The notes under the pieces were generated by a model that saw only the letters and a program-made list of their open reading frames with translations, did no database searches and had not been told where the DNA came from. A stretch of 64,000 nt of DNA from Lachnospiraceae bacterium (lineage in GTDB: Bacteria > Bacillota > Clostridia > Lachnospirales > Lachnospiraceae): NCBI GenBank assembly GCA_022791635.1, contig JAAVZL010000037.1, positions 16,242 through 80,241 of the forward strand, written 5' to 3'. Within the stretch, counting starts at the first letter, position 1. Each line of letters opens with the position of its first letter. Position numbers and translations under genes: made by a program. This document shows, piece by piece, positions 1-9,114 of this stretch.

Positions 1-2
1 TG

Positions 3-1742
3 CTCCATGGCCTTAAGCAGAAGGACGGCTCCTTTGTGATTCGGGTTTACGGCGTGAATGACAATCCCAAGGATACCCTGGAGCAGGGGGGCTCTTTCCT
101 GGGAGGAAGCCTTCAGGACTTTTTGCGGACAGCAGGCTTAAGTCCCGGGGAGGTTTGGGGAGAGAACGAGCATTATCTGTGGAACGCGGCCCTTTACCCG
201 GTGTGTGAGACCATCGGGGAGGCGGTGAAGGCGGCCATGCTGATTCTGGAGCTGTCGGCGGGCAACAGAGAGCGGGCGGAGGAATATCGAAAAACCAGAA
301 GACGAAGCCTACAGGAAAGCTTTGAGGAGGCGGATACCCGGGAGATTGCGGCCTGGCAGGCTAAGCTTACCTCCCAGGTGCGGATCACCCGCTTCCTGCT
401 GGCCCTAAAGGAGCGGCGCAGTATCCCGGAGGCCAGGGCCGCTTTCGGCAGTCAGGGAATGACAGAAGCGCAGCTAGAGCGGCTTCTGACGATTGCGGAG
501 GAATCGGAGTTTGGGCTTCGCATGCGCCTTTACTACTATCTGTCCAAAATGACGAAGGGACATGTGAGCGAGGAGCTGGAGGATAAGTGCTTCCGGTATA
601 TCTGTGACAGCCTCTACGATGCAAGCATCGGCAGAGCGCCCTCGCGGGACAATTACCGAATCGAGAGGGAGGAGGTCCGGGTAGAGCTTCCGGTGCGGGT
701 GAACTTTGGCGGCGGCTGGTCCGACACGCCGCCCTACTGCAATGAGCACGGGGGGACGGTTCTGAATGGAGCTGTGAAGCTGAACGGAATTTTGCCGGTG
801 GTGGTGACGGTGAAAAGGATTTCCAAGCCCTGTATTGCCCTTGCCAGCACGGATTCCGGCGCCTATGAGGAGTTTACGGACATGGAGCGTCTCAGGAACT
901 GCCGGGATCCCTTTGACACCTATGCCCTTCACAAGGCGGCTCTTCTGGCCTGCGGCATTGTGCCTCTTATGGGAGAGCTTACTATGGAGGAGCTTCTTGG
1001 GAGGCTTGGAGGCGGCTTCTACCTGTCAACGGCGGTGATGGGAATCCCCAGAGGCTCCGGACTTGGCACCAGCAGCATTCTGGCAGGAGCCTGTGTGAAG
1101 GCCATCTTTGCCTATATCGGGAAAGAAGTGACGGAAAACGAGCTTTATACCCATGTGCTCTGTATGGAGCAGCTCATGAGCACGGGAGGCGGCTGGCAGG
1201 ATCAGGTAGGAGGACTTACAAACGGAATCAAGCTGGTCTCCACAAAGCCCGGGCTTCTGCAGGAGATTGCGGTGGAGCATCTCGTCATACCGGAAAAAGC
1301 CAGGGAAGAGCTTCAGGAGCGGTTTGCGCTCATTTACACGGGACAGCGCCGGCTGGCACGGAACCTTCTTCGGGAGGTGGTGGGAGGCTATATCGGCTCC
1401 AATCCCAATTCCATCGAGGTGCTCTATGAGATTCAGCGGGTGGCCGTGCTCATGAAATTTGAGCTGGAAAAGGGAAATGTGGACGGCTTTGCGGAGCTTC
1501 TGGAGCGTCACTGGGAGCTGTCAAAGAGGCTGGATGGCGGCAGCACCAACACCTGTATTGACCAGATCTTTTTGAGCTGTCAGGATCTGCTGGCGGCCCG
1601 GATGATTTGCGGCGCCGGCGGAGGAGGCTTTCTCCAGGCAGTCCTTAAGAAGGGACATACCAGGGAGGAGCTGCGGGAGCGCATCCGCAGCGTGTTCCAG
1701 GACAGCGGCGTGGATGTGTGGGACTGCGAGATTGTGTTCTGA
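3..1742 (+). CDS. fkp: Bifunctional L-fucokinase/GDP-fucose pyrophosphorylase (Fkp-like), 5'-partial; C-terminal GHMP kinase visible
   Basis: Frame open from position 3; PVRVNFGGGWSDTPPY, PRGSGLGTSS, STGGGWQDQVGG and CGAGGGGF are fucokinase-type GHMP motifs; the upstream RVYGVNDNPK...LWNAALYPV segment resembles the Fkp linker. The pyrophosphorylase domain would lie outside the window. Confidence 0.8.
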   Translation, partial: LHGLKQKDGSFVIRVYGVNDNPKDTLEQGGSFLGGSLQDFLRTAGLSPGEVWGENEHYLWNAALYPVCETIGEAVKAAMLILELSAGNRERAEEYRKTRRRSLQESFEEADTREIAAWQAKLTSQVRITRFLLALKERRSIPEARAAFGSQGMTEAQLERLLTIAEESEFGLRMRLYYYLSKMTKGHVSEELEDKCFRYICDSLYDASIGRAPSRDNYRIEREEVRVELPVRVNFGGGWSDTPPYCNEHGGTVLNGAVKLNGILPVVVTVKRISKPCIALASTDSGAYEEFTDMERLRNCRDPFDTYALHKAALLACGIVPLMGELTMEELLGRLGGGFYLSTAVMGIPRGSGLGTSSILAGACVKAIFAYIGKEVTENELYTHVLCMEQLMSTGGGWQDQVGGLTNGIKLVSTKPGLLQEIAVEHLVIPEKAREELQERFALIYTGQRRLARNLLREVVGGYIGSNPNSIEVLYEIQRVAVLMKFELEKGNVDGFAELLERHWELSKRLDGGSTNTCIDQIFLSCQDLLAARMICGAGGGGFLQAVLKKGHTREELRERIRSVFQDSGVDVWDCEIVF

Positions 1743-1776
1743 CAGGAGTACTGCGGAACCGGAATGGAGAATCATA

Positions 1777-2976
1777 TTGAAAGTGATGCAGATTAATACC
1801 GTGTGCGGCACCGGAAGCGTGGGCCGCATTACGGTGGATTTGATACAGGCTCTTAAGAAGGAAGGAAACGAAGGCCTGGCCGCCTTTGGCCGCAGAGAGG
1901 CCCCGGCGGGGATAAGCACCTACAAGTTCGGCACCAGCTTGGATATGGGCTTCCATGTGCTGCACACGTTTTTTCAGGGGGAGCACGGCTTTGCTTCCAA
2001 AAAGCAGACCGGGCGCCTGATTCGAAAAATCGAGGAGTACAATCCGGACATCATCCATCTTCACAATATTCACGGCTTTTATCTTAATGTGGAGCAGCTG
2101 TTTGCCTATCTTAAGAGGGCAGGGAGGCCGGTGGTCTGGACCCTTCACGACTGCTGGAGCTTTACGGGGCACTGCGCCCATTTTGACTATATCGGCTGTA
2201 TGAAATGGAGGACAGGCTGTGAGAGCTGCCCTCAGTATAAGAGCGTCTACCCCTATGCGCTCTTTCGGGACAATTCCGGAGAAAATTACCGGCGGAAGAA
2301 GGCGGCGTTTACGGGAGTGCCCAGGCTTACCATTGTAACGCCCTCCCGGTGGCTGGCTCAGTTTGTGAGGGAGTCCTATCTGAAGGAATATCCCGTAGAG
2401 GTGATTCCCAACGGAATTGCCCTTGATAAGTTCCGACCGGTGGACAAAGGGCTCCGAAAGCGTCTGGGCATGGAAAAAAAGTTTATTCTTTTAGGCGTTG
2501 CAGGTATGTGGGAGGAGCGAAAGGGCTATGCTTATTTTGAGGCCCTTGCGGATCGCCTGGATGATTCTTATCAGATCATTCTCATCGGCCTGTCCAAACA
2601 AAAGCTTCGCAGGCTCCATCCGAAGATTCACGGGGTGATGCGCACCAACAGCATGGAGGAGCTGGCGGAATACTATTCCATGGCGGATGTGTATGTGAAT
2701 CCCACCCTTGAGGATACCTTCCCCACCACCAATCTGGAGGCTCTGGCCTGCGGAACTCCCGTTATCACCTTTGCAACGGGGGGAAGCGTGGAGTCGGTGG
2801 ACGAGGGGACGGGAAAGATCGTGCCAAAGGGAGACACCGAGGCGCTGCTTTCGGCTGTTCTGGCCCTGCGGGAGGAGCCCTCAAAAAGGGAGGCCTGTCT
2901 TTCGCGGGCCACCGGCTACAATAAGGATGACAGGTTCCGGGAGTACCTAAGACTGTACCGGGAGCTTTTAGAGTGA
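1777..2976 (+). CDS. GT4 glycosyltransferase (WcaC-like)
   Basis: DIIHLHNIHG, VWTLHDCWSFTGHC, EDTFPTTNLEALACGTPV; TTG start after GGAG RBS (ORF track starts at 1714). Confidence 0.85.
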   Translation: MKVMQINTVCGTGSVGRITVDLIQALKKEGNEGLAAFGRREAPAGISTYKFGTSLDMGFHVLHTFFQGEHGFASKKQTGRLIRKIEEYNPDIIHLHNIHGFYLNVEQLFAYLKRAGRPVVWTLHDCWSFTGHCAHFDYIGCMKWRTGCESCPQYKSVYPYALFRDNSGENYRRKKAAFTGVPRLTIVTPSRWLAQFVRESYLKEYPVEVIPNGIALDKFRPVDKGLRKRLGMEKKFILLGVAGMWEERKGYAYFEALADRLDDSYQIILIGLSKQKLRRLHPKIHGVMRTNSMEELAEYYSMADVYVNPTLEDTFPTTNLEALACGTPVITFATGGSVESVDEGTGKIVPKGDTEALLSAVLALREEPSKREACLSRATGYNKDDRFREYLRLYRELLE

Positions 2977-3016
2977 CGGTTCCCTTTGGGGAACGGCTGC
3001 TTTTTGGAGGAGACAG

Positions 3017-3763
3017 ATGCATAAGCCAAAGGTATCCATTGTGACCACAACCTACAATGACAGGGAAAGCCTGAAAAAGACCATCCGTCAGGTTCGGCAG
3101 CAGGATTACGGGAATCTGGAATATATTATCGTGGACGGGGGCTCCACAGACGGGACTTTAAAGGTCATCGAGGAGGCAAAAGAGGAGTTTAAAGAGCGGC
3201 TTCTGTGGATATCGGAGCCGGATCAGGGAATTTACGACGCCCTCAATAAAGGGCTTCGCATGGCCTCCGGGGAAATCTTAGGCTGTTGCTTTGACCAGTT
3301 TGCAGGCTCTCATGTGATTTCCAGGATGGTGGAGGCAATTCTTCGGGAGGGCACCGACGGCGTCCACGGCGATCTCTGTTATATGGACGGAGAGCGTATC
3401 GTCCGCCGCTGGCATCAGGGCCAGGGCAAGATCCGCTATGGCTGGATGCCGGGACATCCCACCTTGTATCTGCGAAGGGAGGTCTATGAGCGGTTCGGAT
3501 ATTATAAGACGGACTACCGAATCTCCGCAGATTATGAGTTTATGATCCGGATTTTAAAGGACGGACAGGTGAAGCTTTCCTATCTTCCGGAGGTCCTTAT
3601 CTACATGGCCCACGGAGGAACCAGCACAGGAAGTCTTGGGGCCTACCTGGAGGGAATGAGGGAGGGCCACCGGGCCTTGAAGGAGAACGGGGTTCGGGCC
3701 GCCTGGTTTACGGATATGTGCCGGACCTTACGCGTGCTTGCACAATTTGTAAAAAAGGGTTAA
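3017..3763 (+). CDS. GT2 glycosyltransferase (WcaE-like)
   Basis: VSIVTTTYN, IVDGGSTDGT, SEPDQGIYDALNKG, HPTLY, YRISADYE. Confidence 0.88.
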   Translation: MHKPKVSIVTTTYNDRESLKKTIRQVRQQDYGNLEYIIVDGGSTDGTLKVIEEAKEEFKERLLWISEPDQGIYDALNKGLRMASGEILGCCFDQFAGSHVISRMVEAILREGTDGVHGDLCYMDGERIVRRWHQGQGKIRYGWMPGHPTLYLRREVYERFGYYKTDYRISADYEFMIRILKDGQVKLSYLPEVLIYMAHGGTSTGSLGAYLEGMREGHRALKENGVRAAWFTDMCRTLRVLAQFVKKG

Positions 3764-3801
3764 ACTAAAACAGACAAATCGGAGAAAGCAGGAGAATACG
3801 G

Positions 3802-4503
3802 ATGCGATGTCTGGTGATTATTCCGGCGTACAATGAGGAAGAGAATATTGTGCGTGTAATAGAGAATCTGAAGGAGCGCTACGGCGGCTATGACTATGTG
3901 ATTATCAATGACGGCTCCTCGGACAATACGGCAGGCCTGTGCCGGAAACAGGGCTATGAGCTTGTGGATCTCCCGGTGAACTTAGGTCTTGCGGGAGCCT
4001 TTCAGACTGGGCTTAAGTATGCCTATCGGAGGGGCTACGACTATGCCATCCAGTTTGATGCGGACGGACAGCATCGTCCGGAGTATATCGCTCCCATGCT
4101 TTCGAAGATTCAGGAGGGCTATGACATTGTCATCGGCTCCCGGTTTGTGACGAAGAAGAAGCCTCATTCCATGCGGATGCTGGGTAGCAATCTCATTTCC
4201 ATGGCTACCAGGCTGACCACAGGAAAGCGGGTGAAGGATCCCACTTCCGGCATGCGCATGTTCAACAAGAAAATGATTGCGGAGTTTGCGCTTAATCTCA
4301 ACTACGGCCCGGAGCCGGACACCATTTCCTACCTTTTAAAGCAGGGGGCGACCATTGCGGAGGTGCAGGTGGAGATGGACGAGCGGATTGCAGGGGAGAG
4401 CTATCTCAACCTTTCCCGGTCCGCCATGTATATGCTGCGGATGCTGTTGTCCATCCTGTTTATTCAGAACTTTCGCAAGCGCAGGGAGGTGAAGACAAGA
4501 TGA
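3802..4503 (+). CDS. GT2 DPM1-like polyprenol-phosphate glycosyltransferase
   Basis: IIPAYNEE, INDGSSD, QFDADGQH, IGSRF, DPTSGMR. Confidence 0.88.
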   Translation: MRCLVIIPAYNEEENIVRVIENLKERYGGYDYVIINDGSSDNTAGLCRKQGYELVDLPVNLGLAGAFQTGLKYAYRRGYDYAIQFDADGQHRPEYIAPMLSKIQEGYDIVIGSRFVTKKKPHSMRMLGSNLISMATRLTTGKRVKDPTSGMRMFNKKMIAEFALNLNYGPEPDTISYLLKQGATIAEVQVEMDERIAGESYLNLSRSAMYMLRMLLSILFIQNFRKRREVKTR

Positions 4504-4904
4504 CGCCAATCTTTCGAATTCTTCTCATTGTGGTGTCTCTGCTCACCACCTATTATATTTTAAAGCGTATCCGTCAGTCAAAGCTGCAGATCGAGTACGC
4601 CATTTTCTGGATTCTCTTTTCCGGAGTGCTGATTGTGTTCAGCCTCTTCCCCTGGCTGGTATCCATGTTTACCAGGATGATCGGCATGCAGCTTCCGGTA
4701 AACTTTATCTTTATGCTGTTTATTTTCGTGCTGATGGTGAAGCTGTTCCTCATGACCATCGAGCTGTCTACCCTGGAAAACAAGGTGAAGGATCTGACCC
4801 AGGAGCTTGCCTTGGAGGAAAAGGAGCGCAGGGACGAGCAGAAACGGCTTTTGGAGGAGACAGGCTCAAAGGAAGAGCCTAAGTCCCAGGGAAAACCTCA
4901 ATGA
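4500..4904 (+). CDS. DUF2304-family small membrane protein (partner of the upstream GT2)
   Basis: Three TM helices plus C-terminal coiled coil LENKVKDLTQELAL; ATGA overlap with the GT2. Confidence 0.8.
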   Translation: MTPIFRILLIVVSLLTTYYILKRIRQSKLQIEYAIFWILFSGVLIVFSLFPWLVSMFTRMIGMQLPVNFIFMLFIFVLMVKLFLMTIELSTLENKVKDLTQELALEEKERRDEQKRLLEETGSKEEPKSQGKPQ

Positions 4905-4962
4905 AATCGAAACTAATCCGCAGCCCGGGAAAAGGGCTGTGTGCTAAGATAAGGAGAACATC

Positions 4963-5826
4963 ATGAAAAAGATTATGATCACAGGCTGCAACGGCCAGCT
5001 TGGACGGGCAGTCAATCAGCAATATGCGGGGAGCACGGAGTACGAGCTGGTCAATACGGATGTGGGAGAGCTTGACATCACAAAGGTGGAGGATGTGCTG
5101 GCCTTTGCAAGAGAGGTGAAGCCCTGTGCCATTGTCAACTGTGCAGCCTATACCAACGTGGATAAATGTGAGACCGAGGTGGATCTGGCCTGGAAAATCA
5201 ATGCCATCGGCGCCAGAAATCTGGCCATTGCCGCCACGGATGTAAAGGCAAAGCTGATGCATATTTCCACGGACTATGTGTTCCCCGGAGACGTGTGCGA
5301 GAAGCCTCTCACCGAGTTTGACACGCCGGCCCCCAAAAGCATGTACGGAGCCACAAAGTTTGCAGGAGAGCAGTTTGTAAGGGATTTTGCAGACCGGTAC
5401 TTTATCATCCGCACCGCCTGGCTTTACGGGGACGGGCACAACTTTGCCAAGACCATGCTGAAGCTGGCCGAGACCAACGATACCATCGGCGTGGTGATGG
5501 ATCAGGTGGGAACGCCCACCAGCGCCCTGGAGCTTGCCAAGGCTGTGAAATACCTCCTTCCCACGGATAATTACGGTCTCTTTCACGGAACCTGCGAGGG
5601 GGACACCAACTGGGCGGAGTTTGCCAAGGTTGTTTTAAGACTGGCCGGGAAAAAGACGGAGATTGAGCCCATTACCAGTGAGGAATATAAGCGCCGGTTC
5701 CCGGCTTCCGCAGATCGGCCCGCCTATTCCATCCTGGAAAACTATATGTTCAAGCTGACCACGGACTTTGCCTTTGCCAGCTGGCAGGAGGCCATTGAGG
5801 TGTATATGCGGGAGCTTTTGGGATAA
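4963..5826 (+). CDS. rfbD: dTDP-4-dehydrorhamnose reductase
   Basis: ITGCNGQLG, NCAAYTNVD, HISTDYVF, YGATK, RTAWLYG, DQVGTPT, RPAYS. Confidence 0.93.
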   Translation: MKKIMITGCNGQLGRAVNQQYAGSTEYELVNTDVGELDITKVEDVLAFAREVKPCAIVNCAAYTNVDKCETEVDLAWKINAIGARNLAIAATDVKAKLMHISTDYVFPGDVCEKPLTEFDTPAPKSMYGATKFAGEQFVRDFADRYFIIRTAWLYGDGHNFAKTMLKLAETNDTIGVVMDQVGTPTSALELAKAVKYLLPTDNYGLFHGTCEGDTNWAEFAKVVLRLAGKKTEIEPITSEEYKRRFPASADRPAYSILENYMFKLTTDFAFASWQEAIEVYMRELLG

Positions 5827-5838
5827 GGAGAAAGCCTG

Positions 5839-6792
5839 ATGACAGGAAATGATATTTTATATCTGGTGATACCCTGCTACAACGAGGAGGCAGTGCTTCC
5901 GGAGACGGCAAAGCAGCTTCTTGCCAAAATGAATTCCATGCTGGAGAGGAAGCTGATTTCCCCGGCGAGCAAAATCATGTTTGTGAACGACGGATCCAGG
6001 GATCGGACCTGGGAGCTTATCGAGGAGCTCCATGCCCAGAACCCCATCTATTCCGGCGTGAAGCTCTCCCGGAACAAAGGACATCAGAACGCCCTTCTGG
6101 CAGGGCTTGTGACGGCCAAGGAGAAGGCAGACATGACCATTTCCCTGGATGCGGATCTCCAGGATGATATTAACGTGATCGATCAGATGGTGGAGAAGTA
6201 CTACCAGGGGAACGATGTGGTCTACGGCGTGCGCAGCGCCAGAAAGACGGATACCTTTTTTAAGAAATTTACGGCTCAGGGCTTTTATAAGCTTATGCAG
6301 GCCATGGGGGTGGACATTGTCTACAACCATGCGGATTACCGCCTGATGAGTAAGCGCGCAGTAGAGGGACTTCTGGAATTCAAGGAGGTAAATCTCTTCC
6401 TTAGGGGCATTGTGCCTCTCATCGGCTTTCCTTCGGACGTGGTAACCTATGAGCGCCACGAGCGCTTTGCCGGGGAGTCCAAATATCCCTTAAAGAAAAT
6501 GCTCTCCTTTGCCACAGACGGCATTACTTCCTTCAGCATCAAGCCTATCCGGCTCATTACCATGTGCGGCTTTTTGATCTTTGCAGTCAGCATTTTGATG
6601 CTGATTTATTCCCTGGTGGTGCACTTTACCGGCCGGACCGTCCATGGCTGGACCAGTATGATTGTGTCCATCTGGGCCATCGGCGGACTGCAGCTTCTGG
6701 CCATTGGCGTGGTGGGAGAGTATATCGGAAAGATTTATCTGGAGACCAAGGAGCGGCCCAAGTTTATCATCGAGAAGATACTGAATGAATAG
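5839..6792 (+). CDS. GtrB-like bactoprenol glycosyltransferase (GT2 + 2 C-terminal TM helices)
   Basis: VIPCYNEE, VNDGSRD, LSRNKGHQNAL, DADLQDD, DYRLMS, GEYIGKIYLETKERP. Confidence 0.9.
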   Translation: MTGNDILYLVIPCYNEEAVLPETAKQLLAKMNSMLERKLISPASKIMFVNDGSRDRTWELIEELHAQNPIYSGVKLSRNKGHQNALLAGLVTAKEKADMTISLDADLQDDINVIDQMVEKYYQGNDVVYGVRSARKTDTFFKKFTAQGFYKLMQAMGVDIVYNHADYRLMSKRAVEGLLEFKEVNLFLRGIVPLIGFPSDVVTYERHERFAGESKYPLKKMLSFATDGITSFSIKPIRLITMCGFLIFAVSILMLIYSLVVHFTGRTVHGWTSMIVSIWAIGGLQLLAIGVVGEYIGKIYLETKERPKFIIEKILNE

Positions 6793-6808
6793 ACCGCAAT
6801 ATTGTATT

Positions 6809-6956
6809 GTTAAGCCTCGTAAAATGACCGGCGCAGGGGAGGAGGGCCGCCCCGGATAGGAGTTATCCTAAGGGGTACCAAGCAAGGCTTGGTGGATTCC
6901 TTAGGATCTAGGTGGCGGTTCTTGCCCGGAGCCTTCTTAAGCGCTCAGGGCTTAAC
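6809..6956. repeat. Palindromic element family 1, long copy (GTTAAGCC...GGCTTAAC ends, internal hairpin)
   Basis: Terminal inverted repeats; internal stems ATCCTAAGG/CCTTAGGAT and ACCAAGC/GCTTGGT; related copies at 18766 and 53092. Confidence 0.8.
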
Positions 6957-6988
6957 TTCATAACAGTGCGGAATAAGAGGAGTATTTT

Positions 6989-8224
6989 ATGAAGAAGCTT
7001 TTGGATAAATATCAGTTAGATAAGGCAGATATCCTCTATCTGCTGGCTATGACTGCAATCGGCCTGGCCATCCGGGGGATTCTTAGGGTGGTAACCACCG
7101 TGGACTGGACCACCTACTGGGATCCCTGGATTGCGGATCTTAAGGAGATGGGTTTTGCCTATCTGGCCACGGATCGGTACGACTATGCCCCCTCCTTTGT
7201 GTATATCCTGTGGGTAATCAGCAAGCTGCCCATCAATCCTATGACGGCCTACAAGGCCGTTCACATTGTGCTGGACTTTGTGGCAGCCGGGGTTATGGGG
7301 AGAATCGTGTGCAAGGTTACGGGAAGTAAGTGTAAGGGGATCATCACCTACGGTCTCATGCTGATTATCCCAACTATCTGGGCGGACAGCGCCCTCTGGG
7401 CCCAGTGCGATATTATCTTTATGCTCTTTGTGCTTTTGTGCTTTTACGAGCTTTTTGAGGAGCGGCCCGGCCAGGCTATGTTCTTTTACGGGCTGGCCTT
7501 TGCCTTTAAGCTCCAGTCCCTGTTTATTTTCCCCTTCCTGGTGATTCTGTGGGTAAATAAACGAATCAGGATTCAGCATTTTCTGTGGATTCCCGGTCTG
7601 TATTTCCTGAGCATCATTCCTGCCTGGATAGCAGGGCGGCCTTTGATAGAGCTCATCAATATTTATATGGCTCAGGGGGCCCAGGATGTGTGGTCCCTGT
7701 CCATCAAGTGGGCCAATATCTATCAGATTATCGGAAATCAGTACTTTCTTCTGGAGTACGCCGAAGCGGGAACCTGGCTGATCCTGGGGATTCTCATGTG
7801 CGTGATGTTCGCCATGGCCCAGAAGCGCTACCGCATCACCAACGAGTTTATTGTACAGATGGCCCTGTTCTTTGCCATTCTTACGCCCTATTTCCTGCCT
7901 CACATGCATGAGCGGTACGGATGCCTGGCAGATATCCTGGCAGTTCTCTATGCCATGATGAACTGGAAGCGGTTTTACATTCCTCTGGTGCAGATTTTAA
8001 TGTCCTTTACCTGCTATATGGCCTATCTAAGCCACTTAGGAGATCAGGAGCCCACCATCTATTACGGAGTCTGGGCCCTGGCAGAGCTTGCCCTTTTGAT
8101 TGCCGTAGGACTGGATGTCTGGCGCTTTATGACAAATCCGGAGAATCAGCTTCCCCTGTCAGAGACCTCCTTGTTCGAAGCCTTTGCCGTGAGAACAGAA
8201 GATGCCAGAGAGGGGAGGCAATAG
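6989..8224 (+). CDS. GT-C superfamily membrane glycosyltransferase (Gpi18/GT87-like)
   Basis: Polytopic; DYAPSFVYIL, DSALWAQCD, AFKLQ, LPHMHERY motifs. Confidence 0.8.
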   Translation: MKKLLDKYQLDKADILYLLAMTAIGLAIRGILRVVTTVDWTTYWDPWIADLKEMGFAYLATDRYDYAPSFVYILWVISKLPINPMTAYKAVHIVLDFVAAGVMGRIVCKVTGSKCKGIITYGLMLIIPTIWADSALWAQCDIIFMLFVLLCFYELFEERPGQAMFFYGLAFAFKLQSLFIFPFLVILWVNKRIRIQHFLWIPGLYFLSIIPAWIAGRPLIELINIYMAQGAQDVWSLSIKWANIYQIIGNQYFLLEYAEAGTWLILGILMCVMFAMAQKRYRITNEFIVQMALFFAILTPYFLPHMHERYGCLADILAVLYAMMNWKRFYIPLVQILMSFTCYMAYLSHLGDQEPTIYYGVWALAELALLIAVGLDVWRFMTNPENQLPLSETSLFEAFAVRTEDAREGRQ

Positions 8225-8225
8225 T

Positions 8226-9113
8226 ATGGATGAATGGCTTAGAAATTTGATTGTAAAAAAATGGAAAATAAAGGCGCTGGAATTTTCGTTCCTGGATGCG
8301 CTTCTGGCAGTCTGCATCACGGGAACGGGCGTCATGCTCCGCCTGGCCGTGAACGATTATACACCCATGGACGGGCAAAAGCAGGCAGGCCTTCTGCTGG
8401 AGCTTTTTCTGATTATTGTCTGCGCAGTGATCGTCCATGATTATACCGGGAGCCGGAACAAAGCCTTCCTGACCTACGCCATTCTGGCTATCTATCCCAC
8501 ACTGGTAGCCAATGGCGCTCTGTGGGGGCAGAACAGTAGTCAGTATGCCTTTCCCCTTTTCCTGGGCCTGTGTATTCTGGAAAGGGGAGAGCGGCTGCGG
8601 GGAGCCGTGGCACTGGTCGTCGGGGCAATCCTGGCAGCTGTGCGGCTGAAATTAAGCGCCGCCACTCTGAATCTGGGCTGGCCGAATCTCTATGAAATCA
8701 TCGGAAAAAGCATGTTTGTGGAGCTCTACAATCAGGTGGCGTTGCTCTGCCTGCTTGGGATCCTCTTTACCATAGCCTATGTCTTTGTGAAGAAGCGAAT
8801 TGCGCTTACAAGAGATTTAATACTGCGCCTGTTCCTGTTTCTTGCCCTGCTGCTCCCCTATCTGGCGCCCTCCATGCCGGCCTCAGCAGGCTTCACGGCG
8901 GACATAGCGGCCCTTTTATACTGCATGCGCTGGCCCAGGAAGTTCTACGTGCCGATGCTGCATCTGATAGTCTCCTACAGCTCCTATGCCTACGTCATCA
9001 ACGGAGAAACCAAGCTCCCTATGGTGCTCTACGCTGTGATCCTACTGGCTCTCCTGGCGGATACAGGAATCGAAATTTACAAAGAAATCATAAAGATACA
9101 AAGGAGTGATTAG
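8226..9113 (+). CDS. Shortened, divergent paralog of the upstream GT-C protein
   Basis: YPTLVANGALWGQ, LGWPNLYEIIG, LLPYLAPSM and PRKFYVPML align by eye with 6989-8224; ATG after GGAGG. Confidence 0.7.
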   Translation: MDEWLRNLIVKKWKIKALEFSFLDALLAVCITGTGVMLRLAVNDYTPMDGQKQAGLLLELFLIIVCAVIVHDYTGSRNKAFLTYAILAIYPTLVANGALWGQNSSQYAFPLFLGLCILERGERLRGAVALVVGAILAAVRLKLSAATLNLGWPNLYEIIGKSMFVELYNQVALLCLLGILFTIAYVFVKKRIALTRDLILRLFLFLALLLPYLAPSMPASAGFTADIAALLYCMRWPRKFYVPMLHLIVSYSSYAYVINGETKLPMVLYAVILLALLADTGIEIYKEIIKIQRSD

Positions 9114-9114
9114 C

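Noticed and set aside
6809-6956. Integron attC site (contains GTTRRRY and RYYYAAC)
   Set aside because: Order is inverted relative to attC (GTTAAGC first, GCTTAAC last); no integrase or cassette array.
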